This document shows, one piece after another, positions 12,969 through 25,972 of a DNA stretch of 64,000 bases (position 1 is its first letter; every line of letters begins with the position of its first letter). A model generated the notes under the pieces. The model did no database searches and was not told the origin of the DNA. It was given only the letters and a program-made list of their open reading frames with translations. Source of the stretch: Harriotta raleighana (Eukaryota); NCBI GenBank assembly GCA_050575255.1, contig JBNZDD010013498.1, positions 350,392 to 414,391 on the forward strand, read 5' to 3'. A program made the position numbers and the translations under genes.

Positions 12969-15900
12969 TTGTACGTTTGTTTCTATTGGATTGACCCCCA
13001 CATGACAAAATTTATGGGCTAAAATCTGTGGAATTTCTAAATATATTGATGAACACTATGAGGAACATCACCAGCACGATTCAACCCGAATCAGATTGGA
13101 AGCTTCATGACAGAGGCAATCTTGATCAGGTGGTTTTGATTCACATCCACTGTTGTATAAACACATTGGGTTTAAGAACCATATTGCGGCATGAATCCAC
13201 GCCTTCAGGAGATGGTGGGGGTGGGGAGGGAAGAGGAAATGAGAGAGAAAAAATACTGGTGTCAGCTCAGTGGGATATCCATCAAGTGGAACCCTGTTAT
13301 ATTTGACTCCAGGAAATATCCCCTGCCAGTAGTCAATCCATTGGAGAAACACAGGTGTGAGGAATTGTCAAGAGAGCAAAATCCACATGCCTGGTCTCCA
13401 GGGTTCTGTAAAGCATTGTATCATGACCAACATGAATATAATGAGTTAGCATTGCATGTAATGATTTAGCAATCGAGCAACTCTCTCCCATCAGGTCATT
13501 CTTTGTGTTGTTAATGGTCCCTAAACACCTACTTCAATATCCAGTGTATGGCCTGGTGGATCATAAAATCCAGCCTCATGCTTTTTGTTCATTACAAAAC
13601 TTTTTGAACTGACAAAATCATGTGAAATCGTTTAAAAAAAAAGTGTCTACAAAACTTCGAAGGACCATTAAAATCACTTTGAATTGAGTTTTTTTTACAC
13701 TGATACTTTCTTTGTGAGGACTAAACTTCAACTGATTCAATTCACCTGAATTTCATTATACAGTATGTATATTTTAATTGTCTCTCTCCCTTTTGCTAAA
13801 ATCCACCTCCCCAAATCCACCTCACTGCACAGACTGAGAAAGCACATACAACGCAATGCATTTCGCAAGTCAGCTAGTTCCCAGAAAAGTTGATTTTCCG
13901 CAATAAATCCTGATTTTTTTCCCACCATATTTAACTATTTTTCTCCTGTTTGGCAGAAAAAAAAATGACCCTGAAAATACTCTTTTTAAAAATAAAAAAA
14001 TTGTGATTGAACGCAGACAGAAATGGTCCTCAAATTGATAATGCTATCAATAAACGAGAGGATTGGATGCAGCAGATGTATTGGAGTTACTCCAGCCCAC
14101 GCTCGGCCCTGACCTCCATCTCTGGAGCCTGAGCTGCATTCAGATTCTGCAATCACAGGCGAAGGGCACACTGTTCAACTGAATGAACACAGAGCTAATC
14201 ATTTTCTATCCGCTTTTTTTTATTTCTTAATTCATCATTTTATTACCATCTTCCCTGTCTACGTGTCGGTCTCTCTCCCTGACTCTGATTTCAAGGTCAA
14301 CAGAAAAGAATTCAGATCACATCTCGTGGCTTGTCAAAAGTCGTACTTGCTGTGATCAATAAGGTTACTTATCTTCCTTGCCTTTCTCTTTTATATAAAG
14401 GTTTATGAATTATGCCATAAAAAACAGTGAAGTGCCTATTAACTTACAGTATGGATTGTTTAATTACTCTTCATTATTTAATTTACTTAAATGATTAATG
14501 GATTTCTTTATTCTTTCACCATCAATCTGTTTAAATATGTTCCACCTTTCTTCATCCGCATACTATATTGGACAATCTCTCAGAGAATATGGCTGGAGTC
14601 GGCTTAAAATGCGTAAAGTATTAGGCCACATTTGAACATCCATTGCTCAGAATAATGTGCTAACCGCTAATTCACAAAATAGATTGACGAATTCTTCCAC
14701 GTACATATGTTAACAACCCTCATCATGGCTAACCTCAAGCACTCAACAAAACCAAATGGATAACAGCCCCACCAAGGCATCACAAACTCAGGCTTGGAAT
14801 CATAGCATTGACTGTGAGATCCAAGTCCTGAGTTTTGGATTTAACTCAGAACCTTTGGCAAGAATGCTACCAACTAAACCTAGGACATCTAGGAATTCAC
14901 ACGCTAATCCGTAAAGGTAACAAAAGGAGACTGCCAGACTCACAATTAAACATGAATTGACTACTATTAAATATTTTAACTGTACTAGGTCAAGTTATAG
15001 ATTAGAATACTGTGCGTGACATTTTTCAATGTGTTTAGTTTATCGCGCACAATAGCTTGTGATGTTGTGTCTGATGAGTTACAAGGTCTCCTTTGTGAAT
15101 GGAATAAACATTAGCCAAAAGACCTCACACAATATCCCTCATTTACTTTTCAAAACCGAACAGCAAAAATTAGCAAACGTTTTCTTCATAGGTTGTATTG
15201 TGCAATCGTATGTAATCTATAATGCGAAATCTTGACAATTAAAAACTTTCAGATTTACATTAGTAATTATCTAGTAAATTTTTAAAGATTATTTTACAAA
15301 TCTTTTAGCAATTGCTGTGAGCTCTAAAGTTGTTTTTAGGACCAGAGGATTTTGTCTGTGGCAAAGCTTCTGGAACCGACTTGTAAACTCTGCTCAAATT
15401 CACTGTGTTTGACTCAAGAGAAGATTCGTACCAGCTGTAATGTGAAGTGAATGTAAACCAATTGTAAGCCAGGTGCATTCAATGGCCTTTTAACATCATT
15501 GAGTCACTCGAGTGATACCTAGTTCTATTTACAAATTCAACACAACACATGTACTCAGTGTCAGTTGTATTGCTCATGATATTGTTGAAGTTCTGCTTTA
15601 AATGATTTTTCATTAGAATTTTAAAGCAATTATTTTGTGAATAATACTTTAAAAACTAATTGAAACATTTTCAAAAACTTGCATTTGATAAATATTTTAC
15701 ATTATTATTTATAATAATATGAACAATAATAAACATTCAGTTCTTGCCAGGTTTGTTACATTAAAGCTGAGCGTTAATAGTTGTTGAGAATATTACAGTA
15801 TAAAACAATAAACTCCTGAACTGGTGCTGGAAGATAAGGTATTGTAATGCATGATGGAGTTTATAATGCTGTGGGATGGTACGCACCTATCATATTGTAA

Positions 15901-16049
15901 TGAACAGCAGCATTGCCTAATGTCAGGATTGTTTAAAAAATAATTCATTCAAAATATTTTTTCTTTCAAGAATTTGGGTTCTTTAGAATAAGATAGATTG
16001 AAAGTTGGGAATTTAAACTTTGCAGAAATATATAGTCTGGGATGAAACT

Positions 16050-16312
16050 GCAGTGAATACAACTTATGACAGTGCCTCATGTTGAACTGCGTTTCCCTCT
16101 GTCTGAATGTTAAAGATACATAATACTGTACTATTCAAAAAAAAAGGTGACCGAGTTTTCCTTGTTCTGGCCAACAATCCTCAGATTAACTGGTCATCCA
16201 CCTCATGGCTCTCTGTGAGGTCTTGTTAATGCAATTGGCTGCTGCGTTCGCATCCAAACTCAGTCAGCAATTACCTGTGAAACACTTTGTGATGTTTCAA
16301 AATGCTGAGATG
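16050..16312 (+). mobile_element. Family C Deu-type SINE, degraded
   Basis: ATGTTAAAGAT...TGTTCTGGCCAACAATCCTC...CTGGTCAT...CAATTGGCTGCTGCGTT...CTGTGAAACACTTTG. Confidence 0.65.
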
Positions 16313-16962
16313 TTTTTTTTTCTTTCTGTTTCTTTTTCTTTCTGTTTCTTTTTGCCCAAAGCTACATTTGTCAGACTGTACCTCTCGTCTCCAAGTCTGG
16401 ATAATAATTTTCTCAGGTTGTGAGCCTTATTATTCTCCCAAAATAGCTATGGCTCAGTGTTGATGTGCGTTCACATGATGCAAATGGGAAATTGCAACTC
16501 GAGAATGGGAACGGGGTCGTGCTATGGCATTTTTTATATTGTAACTGGATAATCGACAGCCTGAGGTACAGTCCCTGGTTTATATGTATCTATCAGCAAA
16601 TATCCTTCAATCATGTGACCACATCCTCATGCTGTGGATCATGTAACAGAATTACACACAAAACTTAATTCTCGGCAAATCATTGGAACACTGCCTCACT
16701 CACAAGCGTGATCATTTACTGGAGTATCAGTGTTTATTTCAGCGGTGGGATTTGTTTTGTTTAGTAAGGCTTCCACCCTCATTTTTGGTGGTCTCCCTGT
16801 GCCACCCAATATCCTGGGGGAGACGGATAATGTGTTCCTGAACCATAACTGCTAGCAATGTGTGTTCCTCTCGTGCACTCTTCCCTCAAACGAAAATGCC
16901 TGCTTGCCCATTTGGACCTGATTCTATGATCAGATAGGAATTTTACTTTGGCCCGCAATATA

Positions 16963-17460
16963 TAGTAAAAGCCCATTTATCGGGCACCTGCGGGTCCTGG
17001 TCAATGCCAGTTAAATGGCTTATCGGATCCGATGCTGAAAACCCAACACATTTTTTTAAACTTATTTTAACACATACCGTATTAATAATAGACTAAATAA
17101 CAGCAGATAACAACAGAATATTGTATGGGTACTTTATTGTAAATGTTGTACACCTGTACAATAGAAATAATAGGCTAAATACAATAATAGCAGATACTGT
17201 AGTAACAGAATATTGTATTAGTACTTAATTATTTATACTTAACTTCTGCAATGCTGGCCGCCACAGGAGGAAAAAAAACGGCAGCGCGACTTTCAGGCTG
17301 TACTAGCAACAAGCCAAAATATCTTTACAGTACTTTTATGCGATAGTCGATTCATTAAATGCACTACCGCTATTCTGCCGGATAACTTCCAGTTAATCGG
17401 ATGGGGACTTGTTTTTTGACTTGCCGGTTCATCGAGTCATGGATAAACGGGCTTTCACTG
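16963..17460. mobile_element. Non-autonomous Tc1/mariner (Tigger/pogo-like) MITE, 498 bp
   Basis: Left end TAGTAAAAGCCCATTTATCG vs reverse complement of right end CAGTGAAAGCCCGTTTATCC (16/20); TA on both flanks (16961-2, 17461-2); subterminal CC(A/G)G(T/A)TAA repeats; no ORF. Confidence 0.85.
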
Positions 17461-18849
17461 TACACAGTCACCACACTTTATGATATATCCCATGAAGCAC
17501 TTTGCGCAAGGTGCTCAGGGAAGGATTATTATAATCGTTATACTGTCCACTGTTACTTTAGTGTACGCAGAGGTGTTAAACTTATTCAAAGCCTTTGCAA
17601 CCAAGTAAAACAGATTCTGTTTCTGCCTCATTAATTATTTTCCTACCATTTTGCAAAGAGAGGCAAAAAATCTTTGGCTTCTCATATTTTAAGGTACTTT
17701 TTTCCAAGTTCAATTTTGACCCCTATCATATGGAACCGGCGGGTAATCTCACAGGGGAGAAGGTATGTCATCAGTAGGGCAAGTTCCATTTCCTTTATTT
17801 CATAGTTTGATGATCTGTCGGGTCCTTTTGTGCTGCAGACCCATTTATCTATGCGGCAGAGAGCAATAAAAGTAACAAATTGTCAAGGAACGAAGAAAGG
17901 CAGGATAATCATTGGGTTTGAAATAATTGTTTATTTTACTGACTTCCAGCAGTTCTGGCTTCATTTGTTACAGCCAGTACCTTTAGCCTATTCCAAATTA
18001 AATTTCAAGTCCATGTCCAGTATAACTTGGTCACTTTATTCTTGAGCAGACAGGTTTATTAAACACGACAGTGAATTTAATCTTGTAATTACCAGCCTGA
18101 AGCCCATCAAATTTTACTTGTATGAATTGGATGGAAGAAAGTGAAGAGATACAATATTATCTGCTAACTGTTGCCCCCAAAATTCTATAAATTCATTGTT
18201 GTATTATTTTAATGTATAGAATCTATAAATGCTGTTGAATTAGATTGTAAACACCAAGATCTCATTGGGGGTAAAGACACTCACTTTTGTAACATCAAGT
18301 CAAACATCAAGTCAATGAGATCCATTATAACCTGATTATTCAATAAACCCCTTTTACTTTTTTTAAAATAAAGGAAAATTATACACTAAATGCTAGTTTC
18401 AGTTTTACACTCATGGTGGACCTCAAAAATTACAGGTTGAGTTTCTATTGTGTTGTACATTAACTACCCTTGGATGGAGCATCAGTTTGAGTGCCACAAT
18501 TGATAGCAGCAACACTGTAGAGAAAAGAATAAAACAGAGAGCTTTGTTGTTAAGTGAATATTGGGTAAGACCAGAACGGGGATCATGTTCTGTTTGGTAT
18601 CCTCTTTGGTTGAGCATCCTGTTGAAGCTCAGTGCCTGGTTTCTTACATGAAGCATATGCACGAGCCCACGTCAAAACAACTGATGGCCTTTTGGGAAAA
18701 ATAGGCTGAAAAACATTGGTGACTGTTAAAGTGAAGAATAGGAAATAAAATATAGGAAACACAATTACTGAGTGCAAGTAAGATTTTATCATGAATGAAA
18801 GTTACAAACTATCTTCTCAAGTGATTCAAATGCAAATTACAGAATGTAA

Positions 18850-18945
18850 CAATAATAATAATCCTTGTTCAGTATTTGATATAGCAAAAATCCGTGAAGC
18901 ACTTNTCAGTATTTGATATAGCACCTTATGTCTTTCTTCTAAAGA
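18850..18945 (-). mobile_element. SINE family A tail stub spanning the N junction at 18905
   Basis: AATAATAATAATCCTTG..TATTTGATATAGCACCTTATGTC. Confidence 0.65.
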
Positions 18946-19021
18946 AACAATGTAAGTAACTGGACAGTAAAATCATGTGGAACTATTTTAATCCCAAACT
19001 TGTTATGGCTAACACTGTAGA

Positions 19022-19160
19022 TGTGGGTCACTGCTGTGCACAAATTGATTACTAAATATCGGCTACAAATACAGTCACTACATTTCACTGTAAAAATCCG
19101 TGAAGCACTTTGACACATCTCAGTGATGCGCCAAGGTGCCATAATAAATACAATTATTCT
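19022..19160 (+). mobile_element. Deu-type SINE 3' fragment
   Basis: TGTGGGTCACTGCTGTGCACAAATTG...AAATACAGTCAC...GTGAAGCACTTTGA. Confidence 0.7.
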
Positions 19161-20084
19161 CATGATTATTACGTGATTGTTTTCTAAACCTATAAAAAGA
19201 AAACAAAATGCATTCAGCTATGAAATAACTAACAAAACACTAAATCTGAATTGACAGCATTTTGGAATCAATTGGAATCAAGATCTTCGAATAAATTCAG
19301 TCGATAGGTGCAATACTAATTCTAAACATGATACCCTCTGCTGTGTCAGGTAGATGTTTAACGAGTATCTATATGTGGTACACGTAGATGAAATTTAAAG
19401 TCTAATTCTGCCAAGAAGGCCACAAATTTTCTTTGATATACTCCTCAGGACAATAAAAGACTTCCTGTCACAGCGTGCAGGGAAGCAATGAGAGGATTCT
19501 ACAGCCTGACCTCAATTGATGTAAAATTGGTTCCTGGGACTGAAGGCCAGAGAAAGTATCACTTCCCTCCATATCTACAGGATGTTGTAAAATGTTGTAA
19601 TTATCCTGTTATTAAAGTTGACACCTCAGCGTTACATGAAAGAGCTTTCATGAATGTGCAATAACCTTGGTATTTTGTCTTCAATTGCGTTCCCAAGGGC
19701 AACTTTCTTGTTTAATGAAACCATTTATTTTATAATCACTGGTGGAAAAGGGTGTGGGGATTACAATTACTTAATATATGCAACCGACTAGTCAGAAAGT
19801 ATGATTACAAATAAGGGCGGAAATGGGTTACATTGTTTTGACAAGAAAGCAAATTGTCTCGTAAATCTCATTCCATTTTTTTTCCCCTCTGGGTTTTTGG
19901 ATTATTTATTCAAACTGTACATGGATTTTTAAAAAAATCTCAGCTGGCTAATATTTATAGCCATTTTTTCTTGTTTTGTGATGCATGACACAAATCTTGC
20001 CATGTAGCTTCCTGTTAAAAACGGTTATCAATTTTCAAGACAGTGTTTTAGTCTACAGAATAAATGTATTTATAAAGTGCCCAA

Positions 20085-20435
20085 ATTATAAAGGGTATTA
20101 ATAGGATAAATGGGGAGAAACTATTAGCATTAGTAAGGAAATTAATGACCAAGGGCTATAGTCCCTCATCCGAATCCCTAGATAAGATAATCACAGGATA
20201 ATCAAGATGGTAGAATGTTGGATGCCTTATCAAGTAAGGTGATAGATGCCGAGTCTGTTTTAATCAGGAGGTAGATGGCATGTATGAAACATGAGGAGAT
20301 AAGGTAAGGCAGTGGAATTGAAGGAAACACCTTGCTCTGAGAGCCAGTTGTAGACTCGATTGACCAAATGGCTTCCTTTTGTAAATTGCTGTAAATTGAA
20401 TTTTTGTAAATGTAAATTTCTACGATTCTATTCTG
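20085..20435 (+). mobile_element. Old, highly decayed CR1 3' end
   Basis: GATAAATGGGGAGAAACTATT...ACCAAGGGCTATAG...AGACTCGATTGACCAAATGGCTTCC...TTCTACGATTCTA parallels 29210-29580. Confidence 0.7.
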
Positions 20436-20544
20436 CCAATACTATACAGAGGTTTTAATTGGATCTGTTTGCAGTTTGAAATTACAAAAAGCATTCAACC
20501 CTTCCATATACAGTACATATTAATAATCCCTGCTTTTGGTATGT

Positions 20545-20790
20545 AATAATAATAATCCTTGTATTTGATGTAGCACTTATAGCATGTCGTTGAGACATCT
20601 CGAAAGTCTCACAGGGTGTTCTATAAAGTGGATTGACTACGTATTTTGTGGACAAACATGGCAGCCAGTTTGCACTCAACAATATTCCACAAATAGCCAT
20701 GGAGTGTGTGAGCAATTTTAGTTTGGGGATTGTTGGTTAGGACACAAGGAGAAATTCCCTTCTCTTTTTGAATCATACCATGGGACATTG
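20545..20790 (-). mobile_element. Deu-type SINE, 3' ~250 bp
   Basis: (TAA)n TCCTTGTATTTGATGTAGCAC...GGCAGCCAGTTTGCAC...CCACAAATAGCCAT...GGACACAAGGAGAAATTCCCTTCTC. Confidence 0.75.
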
Positions 20791-22641
20791 GAAGTCTTAG
20801 TATAACTATTTGAATCCTTGTTGGATTATTCAGTTTACACTGTGCATCACAAAATGTACTGGAATTGATCTATGGCACGAATTGTAGTGTTCCATGGGTT
20901 CATGGTTTAATGTTAATACCATGCTTCCTGAGTACAATAGGAACTTAATGCATGACTTGAGAATGCAAAAGCTCAGCCAAAAATCAAGTGAAAAACTCTG
21001 CAGGCTTTCTTTTGATTTGTGGTGCAAATTCACAATCCTTTTGGCAAATTTGCTGCATTATTGACAAATATAAGTGGTGGAAAATTAACTTACTGGGATT
21101 GGATTTCAGGGTAAAATAAATCTACACTCTCGTATTTTTCTCAAGCTAAAAAGAAAAAGAGATTTGCCTCAAGTTAGTGTAGACTTGAAGGTCTAACGTG
21201 GCACTATATATACAAATATCTTATTTTTCTGTGGTTTTTCCTCTGGTTTTATTACTGGTCTCTTGCTGCAAGGTTAGAGGTTCAACAACTTGCTTATTAG
21301 CCCAGATATTGAAGGTGAAATGTTTGCAACAGTAATGCTAAAAATCACTATAAAATTTGAATATGTATTTCTGCACTGTCCAACATATGTCTGAGGAAAC
21401 GAGAGATTAATTGAAGGAGTGGGAAAATGATTGCAGATAGCGTAACGTTTGTGAAAGTTAAACTGGAAAACACTTTTCCAAAATTTAAAGAAAGTTTTTA
21501 TGTTACCTTAATATCAAGTTGGCAGTATGGTTCAGTTGCTTATCTCCTTCCTGTATTATTGGAATCTGCCCTGATTGCAGCTTTAAAGATTTGGGATATG
21601 TAAAAAGCACAAATAAGTAACGACATTGGCAACCTCAAATTCTTCTATTGCAAAGATGAGGATTGGCATCAGATGGGGAAGCAGACAACGGATGATAAGG
21701 AAAATATACAGGATAAATTGAGCCAGGATGGAGGGTTTGAGCAGGAACTATTTTAGAGAGGATAATGTACTTTAAGAGCCTGGTGTCAACACCTCTGAAC
21801 AGTTTAAACAGGAAGGGTGTTCTGTTGAACAAGAAGCATCTCGGCTGCCAGTTGGATCTTTGTTGTGCACCTCTCAGGTTACTGCGACTCAGACTTTAGG
21901 ACCAAAAGATGGATTGCAAGACAGGAAAGTCATTAAACAAGTTTACATTAAGCTCTCACAGGGAGGAGGAACAGGAATATGGAACTGAGGGAACAGAAAA
22001 AAGGGCAAGGTTCAAACTCAGGTGATAACCAAATAATGTGGGCATACCAGGATTCTGTTTTAGGGTTGGGGGAGGTGGGGTGGAGGTTTTTCACTCATCA
22101 AAGATAAATTCGTAATGAATCTCTTTCAAAATAGAATGGAAAGTTCCCATTTCTGAACCTCAGGCTTTATTGGAGACGTACATATGGACATTTGGCAAGT
22201 ACTAAATTTGGCAAGCAGGTACATAGCTTCCAACACTCATGGTAATAATTCCTATAGAAGTACCATCACTCACCTAAGGAGCTCTAACTCCAGTCGAAGG
22301 AATAAGGAGTCAAATGTCTTCAGGAGAGAAGAAAAATAAATAAGTAATACTAATTGTATGAGAATATCTAGGCAGCATAAATCAACAACAACAAAATTAT
22401 ATTTATAGATCAGCATATATGTGGAGAAATGCACATTTTGATTATTCTTTTAAAACCAGTGTTTTAACAACAAAATTACATTTATAGAGCACCTCTCACG
22501 TTGGATAGTTTCTTCTAGTTTCTTTTGAGAGAATTGAATCCATGCAAACTATTCCATAAATGTTTTCTTTATTCTTTGTTAATGTTCATGCCAGTCTCCG
22601 GAGTCAATGCTTTTGCATTGAAAGTTCCTGGAGCTTTGGAG

Positions 22642-23920
22642 CAACAACAACAACAACAAAATTACACTTGTATAATGCCACTCAAGTCAAGAGGATGTCC
22701 CAAAGTGCTGAACAGTCAGGTTGGGACCCGAGCAGTGGGGTAGGGAGAGGGGGAAGGAGAGTGGGAGAGGGGGAAGAGTCAGTGGGGGAGCCGAAGGCGC
22801 GGTCGAAGAGGAAGGTCTTGAGATGGGCCTTGAAGGAAGAAAGGGAGAAAGCAAGGCAGAGGGACTGCGGGATGGAGTTCCATAGTGTGGGGGCAGAGGG
22901 CTGAAAGCCCAGCCACCGGTGGTTGGGAAGTTAGGACAATGGACGCAGAGCAGGCCTGAGTTTGCTGAACGGAGGATGCGGGCAGGCTGATAGGGAGACA
23001 GCAGGTCAGAGAGGTAGGCGGGGCAAGGCCGTGAGTGGCCTTGAAAGTAAGTACGAGGATCTTGAATTCGATCCTCTGGGGGATGGGGAGCCAGTGTTGA
23101 CGGGCGAGGGTGGGAGTGATGTGGTCACGAAGCCTGGTGTGGGAGAGTACACGAGCTGCAGAATTGTGAATGATCTGCAGCCTGTGAAGGGAAGGCCGAT
23201 GAGGAGAGAGTTTCCGTAGTCAAGCCTGGAGGTGATAAACGCATGAATGAGGGGTTTCATCGGTATGGGGGGAGTGAGGTAGTGGTGAAGCCTGGCAATA
23301 TTGCAGAGATGGTGGAAGGCAATACTGTTCAGGGAGCGGATATGAGGGAGGAAGGACAGTTCAGGGTCAAACNAGGGGTTTCAACAGTATGGGGGGAGTG
23401 AGGTAGTGGTGGAGCCTGGCAATATTGCAGAGATGGTGGAAGGCAATACTGTTCAGGGAGCGGATATGAGGGAGGAAGGACAGTTCAGGGTCAAACAAGA
23501 CACCCAGATTCCTGACTGGCTTTGAGAGTTGGAGAGAGCAGGCTTGAATGCTGATGTTGTCAGTGCCTGAGATGCGGAGGCGCTGACTAGAGCCAATTAG
23601 GAGGGTCTCCGTTTTGTTGACGTTGAGTTGGAGGAAGTTGGCTCTCATCCAGGACTCAATGTCAGTCAGACACGCAGTCAGGACGCCAGTAGTCGAGGGT
23701 GGACGCAGAAAGGTAGAGTTGGGTGTCATCTGCATAAGTGTGGAAATTTACCCCATGTCTGCGGATGATGTCACCCAGAGGGAGCATGTAGAGGGTGAAG
23801 AACAGGGGGCCAAGGACAGAGCCCGGGGGAATGCCGCATGTGACTGTGCTGGGCTGGAGGAAAAGCCGTTGGAAGATATAAAGTGAAGACGGTGGGAGAG
23901 ATAAGACTGGAGCAAGAAGA
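22642..23920 (-). mobile_element. L2-clade LINE, 5'-truncated, with RT domain remnant (frameshifted)
   Basis: Minus strand gives [25 protein letters not shown] (YADD at 23725-23736), DIESWMRANFLQLNVNKTETLLIG, VRNLGVLFDPELSF and LIHAFITSRLDYGNSLL; ends in a (GTT)n tail. Confidence 0.95.
23250..23496. other. Assembly junction: 123-bp duplication around a single N (23373) inside the L2
   Basis: 23250-23372 and 23374-23496 differ by only a few substitutions. Confidence 0.85.
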
Positions 23921-25909
23921 AACCTTGAGGCAATCTCGACAGTGATTTATACAATCCTCTCCCTGGGTTGTGGAGAAATAGGATGTTTCTAACCGTTGTA
24001 AATTAATAAGGAGACTGCCATAATATCTGAAATATGAATCAAGGGTTGAGATTCATGTCAACTGTTGTAATTAGTTTTGCTTTCCCTTTTAATAAAAGTG
24101 GAATGTTTCATGAACAGATATAAAGCAAGCTGACACGGTGTTAGCTGCTGTAAAAACGTTAAAAGGGAAGAGTGTCAGTCTGCTACAGAATGCTGCCTTT
24201 TCAAGAGATTTATCAAACATTTATGATAGTTTGGAAGATTTAGAGAGGCACATGTATATTAAACCATCAATCACCGTATTGAAAAGCTGAGCCAAATACA
24301 ATTGAATCTTAATATGTGCATAGCTAATTTGCCAATAAATGTTGCACTTTAATTAAGCCCGTGGTTCCCAGATTTCATTGACGTGCACTAGGAATTAAAT
24401 GGATCGCAACATGGGAATTCTATGCTTGAATCGAGATTATATTTGGATCAAATGTACATTTGGTCCACATTCGACAGCAGAACAGCTTTCTGCACACACT
24501 AATGGTGCTTTTCTACTGAAAATAGTGGGATTTAAAACCAAGCAGTAAATCTATAGATTTCTCATTTCATGCTGACCTGGTTCTTGTGCCCGCTAATACT
24601 TTGATGTGGTTGCTTCAGAAATGCTTTCATGACCTTTCACACAGTTAAATCAATCTTAAAACTAGTTGCTAAAATTTGCAAGTGAAATGAAGCTAAAATT
24701 TAACAATTTAAGGGCCTTCAGCCACACAGTATTCGCAAATCTGTACATTAAAAGGTAACAATGAAACCTTGTTCTACAGTTGGATACATTAGTCATTTTG
24801 GCATAAAGGAGTTTTCCGTATACTTTCAAGGTTTCTTATCTTCAGCCGAGTTGAAGTCCTATTACTTCAGAACATTTAAGTGTACTATCATAGACATTTA
24901 TTAGCTGGAGAAGAAGTAACATTATGACTATATCTCATGCAAGCACAATAACCAACATGTTGTGATTTCTTTACTGCTATCTCTCCCTGCTGTTATCCTG
25001 TCATTGTGACCTATCGTATGTGGCAGCAACATTGGGAATTACAGTACTTCATTATCACCAATCGAGCCACACACACAATGAGATAAGTTCTGTCAAACTG
25101 TGGCTTATCACTTCTACCCTTTTTATTAAGTTTTGGGAGCTATGGAGCAAAGTGATCACACGGTTCAATTTCCTGACACAGAAGTCTATTGTAGACTGAG
25201 TGATGGTCGAAATATGAAGGATATCAAAGTAAAAGCCAGTTTATAGTGTAGACTTATGATATAGACAACAATTGTTCCCTTTTATCAATGGATGCCATTG
25301 AGCTTGGTCTTCTTTAAAATAGAATATTGAAAGTGTTGGTTCTCAAGAATGCCTACGAGTAGAGATGAAAGTTAGCGATCATTCCTGACTGGGCATTCCA
25401 CCATACTTTACTTGGCTCCTGCTTAAAATGTGAGGAAGGAGATAATTAGTTTGATCTAAAAAATCATGCCCCACTTTTTTTTCAGACTTTGTCTGCTGTC
25501 TGTGGGTGGGGTGCAGGTGGAAGAAGGGTGAGGAGTGTCATTTGTGTCAGTCATTATATCTCAAGATAAAACATTTTCCTATTTAACTACTGTTTATCAG
25601 GCTGTGAGATTTGCATTTCTAGCACAAAACAATGCTACACATGATGGAGTGAGCACTGGTTTCATTTTCCATGGTATCTCTATGTGATTTTTTTTCATAT
25701 TGAGCTCGTAAGTAACACAGCCAGCTTTTCACATAAAAAATAACCCTAAATTGACAGCTGCTTTTGGAATAAAGGTAGCACAACACTTTGGGCCTTAACT
25801 CAATCATCACTAATTGATTCACTGAAGTTTTGATATAGAGTACCAGGAATGCCACTTTCGACTTCAACCAGGGAGATACCCTCTCAACTGGACACCACCG
25901 TACCCACTG

Positions 25910-25972
25910 TAACAACAAAACAACAACAAAATTACATTTATAGAGCACCTTTCACATCGGGAGGACGTCCCT
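25910..25972 (-). mobile_element. L2 3'-tail stub
   Basis: AACAACAAAATTACATTTATAGAGCACCTTTCACATCGGGAGGACGTCCC. Confidence 0.8.
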
